Positions 51,377 through 63,652 of a stretch of 64,000 nt of DNA are shown piece by piece. This stretch comes from Laetmonice hystrix (lineage: Eukaryota), in the NCBI GenBank assembly GCA_965235115.1, contig OZ249451.1, positions 20,274,001 to 20,338,000 on the forward strand, written 5' to 3'. The position numbers and the translations under genes were made by a program. Position 1 is the first letter of the stretch; each line of letters opens with the position of its first letter. Below the pieces are notes generated by a model that made no database searches, was not told where the DNA came from, and saw only the letters and a program-made list of their open reading frames with translations.

Positions 51377-53942
51377 AGACCGCGCGTCGATGTGTGCAGG
51401 ACTCCAGTCTCCCTAGACGAGATGCCAGTCGTTTACATCAGAAACAGACAACGTTACAGATTGATCGAAATCGAATTCTTGCCCCAGGAAAACAAGCTTT
51501 GTTGTCTTCACTAGTAAATCAACAAAGATTCATGTGTAAAGTTCTCTGCACGCGTCACACGTGAAAAATATGAGTAGAATCTATACACAGAGAGTGTCAC
51601 TTCAATGTTTTAAAGCTATTTACTTCGTTTGTTTTCATTCAGCTAAGATATAGCGTTGTAGAGATACGAAGGACTTTATTTCATATAATGTCTTTATGGG
51701 AGACGCTGAAACGAATTTCCCGTTTGAACTTGTGAGCTAACTATGAATCTAATACATCTTTGTTTTGGTCTTGATGACGTTCATATTTTGTGCTGACATT
51801 TAACAGAGATAGAAAGAGAGAAAAAAAGAATCTATTTACAAACAAGAGAATATGTTATCTGGAATATGTATATGTAAGAAAAACGAATGGTTCCCCTTCA
51901 TAATTTATTGTTAAGCGATATATATGGACTACCGTAGTACATGATAATGGAACGGAAGATATACTGTTTTATGTATGAGAATTTGTATACGAACGCAGAC
52001 AAAACCTAAGACCTGACGTATACATAAATGAATGTGTTACAATACCATTGGACATGGCTTCCATATACCATTTACGGCATGTCAAAAAATGACAGTAATT
52101 TCCTTCTCTAATCGACCTGTTATTTCCGTCTAATCTGCGTTGGCTACACATAGCAACATTGCCCAAGATAATAGACAACCACAGATGAGGTTACAAATTG
52201 CATGCACGCACTTGGCAGCATAAAACAAGCACCCTTTTGACTCCAAGGTCGGCTACTGTGTCGGCCAGGGAAATTACGTTGCCTCTATAAAGTGTTCGTT
52301 TTACATTCAGGAGGCGAAATTAAGAGACGATTTAGATGAGGGGGCCTCTAAGATCACGGCAATGGTCTTGTTACAGCCGGTTTGGTGTCATATATTTCGA
52401 TAAGCAGGCCAGGCTAACGTATGGTCGCTTTGCTTCACAGATTGATGCACGTGCATATATCATTTGCGATTCGGCCATTTTTACGCGTCGGCCCCTTTGG
52501 TTGTGCGGAGAAAAAGATTACAAGCGGTGGCGCATTTCGTCGTCTGCCTCGGAGGATTCGACATGTGTGGGCTGCAGTACGGCAGTGCCACCCCCAAAAA
52601 TGGCTGGAAAAGGTAGGTTCGAATGTTGCTTGGCGGAAGGCATAACGTCTGCCATGTTTGCCATCGCCGTATTTGCTGGAGAAATGTAAACAGGCGGGTC
52701 GCGCTATGGAGACCAGCAGTGAGGAAGGGATATTCAATATGGCCGCCGGTCGAGGTTGGCTCCCGAGTCGAGGCTGTGGGTTTCAGGCCTTGTGTCGTCG
52801 TGGAAGGTCGAGCATGAAATCCAATATTAGAAACATGAAATGCTTGCCCCCTGGAAGGTGTTAATGTGATGTGTTAGTCATCGATTGAGTCAGGGAGTAG
52901 GGAGGTTGGGTTTGTGAATATTGGAGGTGATGTTTTGGGAGACTGACTGACGCCAAGTCTATACGAGAGAGCGGTGGCCGTGCCAGCGAGGATCAAGCCG
53001 TGTTGTCGGGAGCGATGAGGGCCGTGACAGCGCCCGATCAACACGTAGTCCTGGAAAAAATGGAGATGAAAAAATGTGGGGTGAAAAGATCAGGTTATGG
53101 TTGGTGGTGTGAGTAGTTGTGAACATTGTGGCCAGCTGATAGGGCCGTGACGGTGTGCTATCGAACGGGATGGAGGGGCGGGGGGGGGGGGGGGGGCTTG
53201 AGGGGGGGGGGGCTGAACGGCGGGAGGGAAGGTCTAGGAATGCACGGCCTGTACTCCCATCTATCAACGCTATGGCAGACTTTTTCTACTGACTCTGGGT
53301 TGATGGATGAGGTAGCCGTGGCAGAGGTGGGTGGGTGGGAGGGAAGGTGGGTAGGGGGGGCCGGGGGGCGGGGGGTGCAGCAGGCTGATCATGTCTGTTC
53401 ACCGTACACATTATACTTTTATTTCACCTTTCATAATTTGTTATTAATGTAACTTTTTTTGTTTAGCCTTTTTCCTATAGATTATAGTATTTTCAGAATT
53501 ATCATATTTAGCTTAAGAACGTTTTTTTTAAACGTATCCGTTGTTCAATTGATTTGTTTCATTCGGATAAATAAATTTATCGCGGTTTGATGAAAGTAAC
53601 ATTTTTTTCATTATTGTAGCTCCTCTACATTTTACCGTTTATATATCTCGTGCACATTGGCGTCAAAGAATAAATATAAATACATAAATAACACGAGGAC
53701 AAACAAAGTAACAATATGATTTACTTAATTACTTCCTGATATGGACACTCGATTGCATTGTCCTTTAAGAGTCCTCTGAGTTGACAATGCAGCAGCTTGT
53801 TTCTTCTAGTAGTTTAACCAAGTTAACCGCAGTAGCTGTTTCTCGCCACCACCTTATTTGGAGATCGGGGAATGTGGGTAAGGGTGAAGGGTACGCCCCT
53901 CCTCGTGTAGACCGTAAGATTACACCTTACACCGTACACCGA

Positions 53943-54074
53943 GGACCCTTTGAACCTGTGAACTGTCTGCCTTCGTGAACCCCTGGTCCAACGATTTGTT
54001 AGGGTACAATATGAACGATGAAACAGAGCGTGAAAAAAAATCATGGCTATTGGAGGTCATGGGGTCATATAAAA
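53943..54074. promoter_or_regulatory. two DR2 nuclear-receptor elements plus TATA-like motif
   Basis: TGAACC tg TGAACT 53951-53964 (DR2, - strand); AGGTCA tg GGGTCA 54054-54067 (DR2, + strand); TATAAAA 54068-54074. Confidence 0.4.
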
Positions 54075-54084
54075 CGGGAACCTG

Positions 54085-54098
54085 CCGCTAGGGGGCGA
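54085..54098 (+). promoter_or_regulatory. CTCF motif
   Basis: CCGCTAGGGGGCG matches the core CCRSYAGRKGGCR fully. Confidence 0.55.
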
Positions 54099-54121
54099 GC
54101 ATGGCGTATTGTTCATTATTG

Positions 54122-54896
54122 AATCTTAGATCACGATCAGTGGATGACCTTCATGTACAATCTTAGATCACGATCAGTGGATGACCTTCATGTACAATCT
54201 TAGATCACGATCAGTGGATGACCTTCATGTACAATCTTAGATCACGATCAGTGGATGACCTTCATGTACAATCTTAGATCACGATCAGTGGATGACCTTG
54301 ATGTACAATCTTAGATCACGATCAGTGGATGACCTTGATGTACAATCTTAGATCACGATCAGTGGATGACCTTGATGTACAATCTTAGATCACGATCAGT
54401 GGATGACCTTCATGTACAATCATAGATCACGATCAGTGGATGACCTTCATGTACAATCATAGATCACGATCAGTGGATGACCTTCATGTACAATCATAGA
54501 TCACGATCAGTGGATGACCTTCATGTACAATCTTAGATCACGATCAATGGATGACCTTCATGTACAATCTTAGATCACGATCAGTGGATGACCTTCATGT
54601 ACTGAATCGTAGATCACGATCAGTGGATGACCTTCATGTACAATCTTAGATCACGATCAGTGGATGACCTTCATGTACAATCTTAGATCACGATCAGTGG
54701 ATGACCTTCATGTACAATCTTAGATCACGATCAGTAAATGACCTTCATGTACAATCTTAGATCACGATCAGTAAATGACCTTCATGTACAATCTTAGATC
54801 ACGATCAGTAAATGACCTTCATGTACAATCTTAGATCACGATCAGTGGATGACCTTCATGTACAATCTTAGATCACGATCAGTGGATGACCTTCAT
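54122..54896 (+). repeat. 37-bp minisatellite, ~21 copies
   Basis: Unit aatcttagatcacgatcagtggatgaccttcatgtac. Confidence 0.97.
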
Positions 54897-57437
54897 TGGT
54901 GTTAGCCGAGCAGGGTCTGTGGTTGTAGTTACTGACTGCCAGGCCGGGTTTGGAGTTAGCCGAGCAGGGTCTGTGGTTGTAGTTACTGACTGCCAGGCCG
55001 GGTTTGGTGTTAGTCGAGCAGGGTCTGTGGTTGTAGTTACTGACTGCCAGGCCGGGTTTGGTGTTAGCCGAGCAGGGTCTGTGGTTGTAGTTACTGACTG
55101 CCAGGCCGGGTTTGGTGTTAGCCGAGCAGGGTCTGTGGTTGTAGTTACTGACTGCCAGGCCGGGTTTGGTGTTAGCCGAGCAGGGTCTGTGGTTGTAGTT
55201 ACTGACTGCCAGGCCGGGTTTGGTGTTAGCCGAGCAGGGTCTGTGGTTGTAGTTACTGACTGCCAGGCCGGGTTTGGAGTTAGCCGAGCAGGGTCTGTGG
55301 TTGTAGTTACTGACTGCCAGGCCGGGTTTGGTGTTAGTCGAGCAGGGTCTGTGGTTGTAGTTACTGACTGCCAGGCCGGGTTTGGTGTTAGCCGAGCAGG
55401 GTCTGTGGTTGTAGTTACTGACTGCCAGGCCGGGTTTGGTGTTAGCCGAGCAGTGTCTGTGGTTGTAGTTACTGACTGCCAGGCCGGGGTTGGTGTTAGC
55501 CGAGCAGGGTCTGTGGTTGTAGTTACTGACCGCCTGGCCGGGTTTGGTGTTAGCCGAGCAGGGTGTGGTTGTAGTTACTGACTGCCAGGGTTTGGTGTTA
55601 GCCGAGCAGGGTCTGTGGTTGTAGTTACTGACTGCCAGGCCGGGTTTGGTGTTAGCCGAGCAGGGTCTGTGGTTGTAGTTACTGACCGCCTGGCCGGGTT
55701 TGGTGTTAGCCGAGCAGGGTGTGGTTGTAGATACTTTACTGACTGCCAGGCCGGGTTTGGTGTTAGCTGAGCAGGGTGTGGTTGTAGTTACTGACTGCCA
55801 GGCTGGGTTTGGTGTTAGCCGAGCAGGGTCTGTGGTTGTAGTTACTGACTGCCAGGCCGGGTTTGGTGTTAGCCGAGCAGGGTGTGGTTGTAGTTACTGA
55901 CTGCCAGGCCGGGTTTGGTGTTAGCCGAGCAGGGTCTGTGGTTGTAGTTACTGACTGCCAGGCCGGGGTTGGTGTTAGCCGAGCAGGGTCTGTGGTTGTA
56001 GTTACTGACTGCCAGGCCGGGTTTGGTGTTAGCCGAGCAGGGTCTGTGGTTGTAGTTACTGACTGCCAGGCAGGGTTTGGTGTTAGCCGAGCAGGGTCTG
56101 TGGTTGTAGTTACTGACTACCAGGCAGGGTTTGGTGTTAGCCGAGCAGGGTCTGTGGTTGTAGTTACTGACTGCAAAGGCCGGGTTTGGTGTTAGCCGAG
56201 CAGGGTCTGTGGTTGTAGTTACCGACTGCCAGGCCGGGTTTGGTGTTAGCCGAGCAGGGTGTGGTTGTAGTTACTGACTGCCAGGCTGGGTTTGGTGTTA
56301 GCCGAGCAAGGTGTGGTTGTAGTTACTGACTGCCAGGCCGGGTTTGGTGTTAGCCGAGCAGTGTCTGTGGTTGTAGTTACTGACTGCCAGGGTTTGGTGT
56401 TAGCCGAGCAGGGTCTGTGGTTGTAGTTACTGACTGCCAGGCCGGGTTTGGTGTTAGCCGAGCAGGGTCTGTGGTTGTAGTTACTGACTGCCAGGCCGGG
56501 TTTGGTGTTAGCCGAGCAGGGTCTGTGGTTGTAGTTACTGACTGCCAGGCCGGGTTTGGTGTTAGCTGAGCAGGGTGTGGTTGTAGTCACTGACTGCCAG
56601 GCCGGGTTTGGTGTTAGCCGAGCAGTGTCTGTGGTTGTAGTTACTGACTGCCAGGGTTTGGTGTTAGCCGAGCAGGGTCTGTGGTTGTAGTTACTGACTG
56701 CCTGGCCGGGTTTGGTGTTAGCCGAGCAGGGTCTGTGGTTGTAGTTACTGACTGCCAGGCCGGGTTTGGTGTTAGCCGAGCAGGGTCTGTGGTTGTAGTT
56801 ACTGACTGCCAGGCCGGGTTTGGTGTTAGGCGAGCAGGGTCTGTGGTTGTAGTTACTGACTGCCAGGCCGGGTTTGGTGTTAGCCGAGCAGGGTCTGTGG
56901 TTGTAGTTACTGACTGCCAGGCCGGGGTTGGTGTTAGCCGAGCAGGGTCTGTGGTTGTAGTTACTGACTGCCTGGCCGGGTTTGGTGTTAGCCGAGCAGG
57001 GTCTGTGGTTGTAGTTACTGACTGCCAGGCCGGGTTTGGTGTTAGCCGAGCAGTGTCTGTGGTTGTAGTTACTGACTGCCAGGCCGGGTTTGGTGTTAGC
57101 CGAGCAGGGTCTGTGGTTGTAGTTACTGACTGCCAGGCCGGGTTTGGTGTTAGCCGAGCAGGGTGTGGTTGTAGTTACTGACTGCCAGGCCGGGTTTGGT
57201 GTTAGCCGAGCAGGGTGTGGTTGTAGTTACTGACTGCCAGGCAGGGTTTGGTGTTAGCCGAGCAGGGTCTGTGGTTGTAGTTACTGACTGCCAGGCCGGG
57301 TTTGGTGTTAGCCGAGCAGTCTGTGGTTGTAGTTACTGACTGCCAGGCCGGGTTTAGTGTTAGCCGAGCAGGGTCTGTGGTTGTAGTTACTGACTGCTAG
57401 GCCGGGTTTGGTGTTAGCCAAGCAGGGTGTGGTTGTA
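54897..57437 (+). repeat. 54-bp minisatellite, ~47 copies
   Basis: Unit gttagccgagcagggtctgtggttgtagttactgactgccaggccgggtttggt, with 52- and 49-bp variants. Confidence 0.98.
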
Positions 57438-58318
57438 CAGAAACAGGTGCAGAGACACGCTGCTAGAACTACATTGTATCTGAAAAAGCCTCTCGTTGAC
57501 GTAATGATCGCTGGGATATAGCACTATGAAATCCTTTGAACGACAGTGCTGCCACCTGGCATGTAATGATGCGACAAGCTGGAGCGCCTAGCTACATGCA
57601 CATTATGTCATTAATCGCGAATGATATATTGGAGGTGATAATTATGTAGTAACCAGAAGTGTCATGGTATACCAAGTTGTGTTATTCAATCGATTACCAC
57701 CAAATGTGACCGTACTTTGTCGTTTGAAGCTACTGGCTCTCAATATATGTGTCGATATTTCTTTTCCATGAATGATATACCATCTAAACTAGCAGATGTG
57801 TTCTAACGCGGAAAGGGATATCTTATTGCAGTTGCAGATAGAGTAATTTTGAAATGAACCACAGACTTGCAATGGTTGCGTGTGATTTAATTATTGTAAG
57901 TAGTGGAGAGCACTGATTGAAACGAAACGTGACTGTAGAAACGTAAGCACGGTCCGTCCCTATTGAATGCGAGTATAATTAATGGGAACAGCGTGGCTGG
58001 ATTGAGGGAACAGTACAATGTGGTGGATTGTTTGTGATATTTATTACAATTAATTGGGGTTGTATCGGTTGGAAGAGCTGAGAGGGTATGGGGGAGACAG
58101 TTGACGGGTTCGGCTGGGGGTGGGGGTGGGGGTGGGGGTGATAGCATGCGGGAATGCATGCTACACTGAAGGCATATCCCCTAATTTCATATTGCACCTC
58201 ATTCACCACTAAAGTGATTACCTCCTAGAGGGGGGCTGACAATGGGAATGTATGGGTGGCCAGTGATTTCTTCTGAATGAGTTGCCCAGATTGACCAGCG
58301 GTTGCCCTCAACTTCTGT

Positions 58319-58330
58319 CCACTAGAGGGC
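58319..58330 (+). promoter_or_regulatory. CTCF motif
   Basis: (TGT)CCACTAGAGGGC matches the 12-nt core fully. Confidence 0.5.
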
Positions 58331-61300
58331 TACGTTTGATTTATTGTTTAATCTACGGTCAGTTTATTGTCGGGAAAATTCCTGATTTCACGTGCCCTCA
58401 CCCCCACCCCCTACCACCACCCTGACGTGATTTCAGGATTACATATAGGCAGAAATAAATGGAACACGAACCGCAGGGATGAAATTGATGAATATCTTTG
58501 TAAATTGATTCGCACGCCGTAACCCTTTCTGCGGTCCACCGAAGTACTATAAGACAGGGTGGCCTCCCAACCCCTCCCTCAACAGCTGAGGTATTCATGT
58601 GGGGCGTGCATACAACCCCCCTGCTGCGAGGAACAGAGGGATGCTTTAGTATCACCCCCCTCTGATGTGGCGCTATTACAGAGGGAGAGTAAACACACCG
58701 TAACAGATTGTTGTAGGTCAGACTTAGTGAGGCAGGGCGCGCGCTGGCTACAGTAGCGACACCTAGCTACGAGCACCGCCTTTCATCATCACACACCGCC
58801 AGTCGGGACGTTTTGAAGCGTGCCCAGACGGGCACAGTTTGCGCCAACCTGACTGTCATTTGTAACTGATGACTAGGTTGTATCCTGTGTGTGTGTTGAC
58901 ACAGGCTATACGACCAGCTGATGCTGGATGTAACCCACTGTGCACCCCATCAATGGCAACCACTGTTATATCTTCAGGAATATGACAGTAGACGCCATTG
59001 TAGAACCAGTGTCGTCAGCAGGGCCTCGTTAACTCTTCCCAGGGTCTTAATGTATGGACACATGTACGCACACATGTACGCACACAGGTCACACAGCATT
59101 TTGTGTGATCTTTTATGGGGAACCAAAGACGGAGGTGGAGACAGGGGGTATTACAATTAAGCTTGAGGTTTTTGCAACTAAAAAAAATCTAAATGGGTTA
59201 ATTTTACCCATGAGTCGATTGTGCAATATTTCATGATGGGCCCGCCATGACCCTGACAGAGAAAAAGATAGAAAACACCTTTTCTGAATTACTAAAAGTA
59301 GGCCAAAAGCTAAGCAATTTCGACCGAGGCTCTAATAGCCCATAGCGATAATTAAGTTGTATTCACCGAAAAAAAATTAACCTTATATTCCCACTGTTTA
59401 ACCTCTCCTATAAATAGGTCATTAAGTCGGCCAGTATTTAATATGATATTTTTTACCACTAGCTTCAGGGCACAGACATTCACGCACCCACCGTGCCACA
59501 GCCCCATGTTTGACGTGGCGTTGGTTCGGGCGGGCAGACCGAGAGAAAGTCGTCATAAACCTGTCATGTTCCGACCTAACCTAGCCCAGGATCGGTACTA
59601 TTCACGGTGCTTGATTTACTACTCAGTCCTATTGAGGGACGTGGCCCAATTATCGCCCACCTAGTGTTAGTAGGGCACTGTGTAAATGAATCCAAGCTTT
59701 CGTCATTTCAGCTGTGACCGATATAAAAAATGTGGGGCGATACCACACCGGTCGAGCTATGAGGCTATTTATAGAGGGGAAATTATAGGTGATATATTGT
59801 ATGACGTTTTGTCAACAGGGCTAGGGATTCTAGTCCTACAGTCCTACAATACATGAAAGGGGGGTTAGAATACCCGGGGGGGGGGGGGGGGGGTCCTCAG
59901 TGGCATCGATTGCAAGAGAAAGAAAAAATAATTTCTTTTTAAACAAAAAAGAGAGAGATTTTCTATTGGGGATGGCTGCATGGGAGAAAAATAAAGTGGT
60001 TTTGTCGAGGCACAAATTTGTGGGAGAGAAAATGTCAGGAGGCACCTCCCCCTGCCCCCTATACGGGCCGGTTCTCACAGGAGCCATAAACGCCGACATC
60101 TGGGAATGTGGGAGAGCAACCTGATACCAGTGGTAATCGAAGCCGTAGGGGGTTGTCAGAGATCCCGGGTGGGGTGTAAACTGGTGGTGGCGGGTTAACT
60201 CTTCAAAGAACCCCATGAAGCCGCCACCACGGCATATATGTATATATTAGAGAGAGAACTAGGTACAGCTGACCTTGGGATACATGTGTATGTCGTCATG
60301 TCAGATGGAGGCCGTATAGGTCGACACAGACCTAGATAAACGGGAGGCTTCAGGAGATGAAGTGAATAGTTGGAATCGCAGTTTATAAGATATTATGTAA
60401 ACTATAATGATCCTTATTGAATCCAAGTATACCACAATTAACGACCAAAATATAATTTTGTAAGCGGTGAGATAGTTTGGTCTCGGAGGGGTAACAATAA
60501 TTACATGGTCAAGAATGAATCTTATCTGGACTAAGTCGGATCGAAATAGTTTATTTCAATAAAATACAGTCGGTGGCATGTTTGTAATAATACACGTATT
60601 ATCTCTTCCCGGGTGTGGGTGTAGGTGTGGGTGGGGGTGTGGGTGTGGGTGTGTTGTGGGGTAAAAAGTAATGAGGGAACCGCGGAGGCATTCGAACCAT
60701 ATGACCATATAATGTTTGGTCATCAACACTGTACTCGAGGGTGTAGCCGGTCAGTTACTGACCACTGAGTGACCAACACCCCTGCAACCATCTCTGGGGG
60801 TCCGCGGGGGTAAGGAGTTAGGTCTAGAGACTTATCAAATGAGAAAGGGTAAGAGGACTTAGGTCTAGAGAAGGGGTAGAGTAAGCATTTAGGTCTAATA
60901 GGGAAATTGATTATCTAAAATCTAGGTCTACGGAAATCAGTCCATGAGATGCAATTGGAACAAACGGGGAAGACGAAATCAATGTTAGATAATTAATTTT
61001 ATTCATCATTTGACAAGTTTGACATGGTTGATGCAGACAAATTAATGATGAATAAAATGGAGTATCTAACATTCGGATTTCGTCCTCACCGTTGGTTCCA
61101 ACTGCATCTCATGCACTGCTTTTTGTGCCCGTTGGCTTGGCCCCAGGCTGTATATTTGGGCCGTGGAAGGAAAACAATAATAAGACAATTTAGGAAATTG
61201 ACACACCTTTGAAAAGAGGAGGTTTTGACCTATCAGATACACTTGGTAACTAATATCTAGTTAGTATAATTTTCTAACAAAATGATAATATTTCAGAATT

Positions 61301-61536
61301 TCGTTTTTTTATGAGACGCCTAGCTGTATATATTCCCATAAAACCTGATATTATATGTTTCAAAAGATTCTAATATTTTACGAAAGGTAAACAGACCTCC
61401 GAGTCGTTTTACAGATCACCTCGGATATAGAAAATATCTTTTTAATTTTGAAGATTATAGATAAAAAACAACACTCTTGCAGTGAGGCGTTACGTTCGTG
61501 CATTGCCAGGACTGTTGTCCTGACGACGGCTCCGAG

Positions 61537-61564
61537 GCGCCACCTCGCGGGCACCAGAGGGCGC
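61537..61564. promoter_or_regulatory. back-to-back divergent CTCF motif pair
   Basis: - strand CCGCGAGGTGGCGC (61537-61550) abutting + strand GCACCAGAGGGCGC (61551-61564); each is 13/14 to CCRSYAGRKGGCRS. Confidence 0.5.
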
Positions 61565-63482
61565 AGCGGTGCTGTGTGAGCGGCTCGGTTCTTGGTGCCA
61601 CGAGTAAATGGCCTGCTTTGATGGCATCCTCCCTCCTACTCTTCAAACCAATGTTTACTGGCCATGTCCTTGACAATTACTAGTGGATCCACTCTCAGAA
61701 ACTGCATGCCGTGATTCCGTTGTTGTGGGAGAAACTTGTATAGACCTTATAGGATGGCAAGATTTGATCTAGGCCTCTGAGATTGACCCCCGGCTATATT
61801 TTATTTTTCTCCCTCTAACTCTTGGCCTATTTTCTGTCTCTCGTCTGAGGCATTTGAATACTTTGAATGGAATGCAGGAACTTCCATTCAAATACGTCCG
61901 CGTTGGTTACCAAAGGTGTCAGTCAACTAATAAAGTCACTGAACTTCTTATTGCCTTGAAAGTTTTACAACAGCGCGTCAACGTTTTATAGACCTGCTTA
62001 GTGTGCTATTTATAGAAGGTGACGTCCCAGTTCCGGATGCTGGGTTCGTCTGCTATAGAGGACATTTCGGGGGCAAGGACAAATTTACATAAAACATCGA
62101 AAAAGTCAAGAATTGTGTTTTGTAGGGTCATATATTCTAGTCTGTACGTTACACGATGGGCAGTAATGTTATAAGTACACCTTTACACATTGGGTAATGT
62201 CGTGCCTTCTTAAAACTTGTACCAGTCTACACCTTAGGGATGACTTAGGGTTTCCAAGTGTGCATGTATAGGCCTCCATTAGTTCGGTGCCCATGTCCTT
62301 TGTGGTGGGACTTGAGAAGCTCTGATAAACTTTTGGCAGTAGATAAAGCTTTAAAACGTTTGGAGTATTGGGGAAAGAATTGGAAAAGAGTTCTTTGAAT
62401 TTTAGGGATTTTTAGATTTGTTTGTTTGTTTTCAATAAAGAAACCCGTCCATATTGGTTAAAGTTAAGTCGAGCAAGCATTTATGGTAAGAAAGTTATGT
62501 TTCGAAGTTTGGAGTATCAATTCCTGTTTTATAACCTAAACCTTAATGATATATGAACTAAATCGGGTTTTATAAATACCTTGAAGCTTGACTCCGTTGG
62601 AGATGTTCTTGGTTAGAGCAAAGGTATAATATGGGCAATGAACCCAGACTCCCAGGGCAAAGATATGTGTCATGCTATACGTCACTGTTGAACAACGACT
62701 ATATGTACATGCAGTAATGAGGGGACATCAAACCCTAACCGTTTCAACACAATTTGTATAGTTTTTGTCCGTAAGAAAAGCTATCGGGCGAAACGGTCAC
62801 AGCCACGGGCCGAGCGTTTTGTCACACCGTGAGAAAGTTTAGCGATCTGTTGGGCGAGACAGGTGTCTGTATACAAGGACGGATGGGGGGGGGGGGTGTG
62901 GGCCCCTCTTTTGGCCAGAATAACCTATTTGCTGCGATTGACCTATTTCCGTTGCGTACCCGAATACTAATGTTAAAGTTCCATTACAACAACAACGATA
63001 TTTTGTCGTCTATAGTACGGATTCCTTTTCATGAGACGACGCCTTGTGAAAGCTGTCAAAAGTCGTCTGCTACTCTGAGTGCTTCCGTCACGACAGCAGA
63101 TCGGAAACTGAAAATGTACATTGCACAATTGTTCGAGACTCAACCCACTCGAGTCGTAGTTCGCCGCTGCTCAAGGTTAGGGGTCGAACTATATCAACAG
63201 AGGAGGACGATTTTCTGAATAAATTCCCTGGCTCCAATTTCTCCGTAAAAATAATCTGGCTCCATCTGTGGTTGAAAATAATATATAGATACTACATACA
63301 TATAATCGTATAATACATTTTTTTTTTTTTTTTTTTTTGGGGGGGGGGGGGGTCGGCTTTTGGGGGTTACCCTGATGAACGGGAAATCACAGCATGCATG
63401 GAGACAGATGGGCAGGCACGGCGGGCAGGGGGCTAGGGTCCCATAATTTTAACAGGTAGAGTCCGGCGAAAGAACGAAAAAC

Positions 63483-63513
63483 GAAAGAAAGAAAGAAAGA
63501 AAGAAAGAAAGAA
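63483..63513 (+). repeat. (GAAA)n microsatellite
   Basis: gaaagaaagaaagaaag run. Confidence 0.9.
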
Positions 63514-63560
63514 ATAACTGGGAAACGCCATCAAAAATGAAGGAAAACCAGATTCTGACT

Positions 63561-63652
63561 TTACGTCATGACATTACGTCATAACATAACCCCCCTTCAA
63601 AAAGCAGGATCCGCCCCTGCTGTGTGTGTATTTCAAGTTATTTTTGATTGAT
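63561..63652. promoter_or_regulatory. two CRE/ATF-like sites, GC box and Pbx-Hox site
   Basis: TTACGTCA 63561-63568 and 63574-63581; CCGCCCC 63611-63617; TGATTGAT 63645-63652. Confidence 0.3.

Noticed and set aside
53180-53220. Long G homopolymers (also 59876-59892, 63340-63352)
   Set aside because: Low complexity; lengths are unreliable in assemblies and nothing else supports a function.
54886-57181. (VSRAGSVVVVTDCQAGFG)n ORFs
   Set aside because: The 54-bp satellite has frequent 2- and 5-bp deletion units that break the frame, showing no coding selection.
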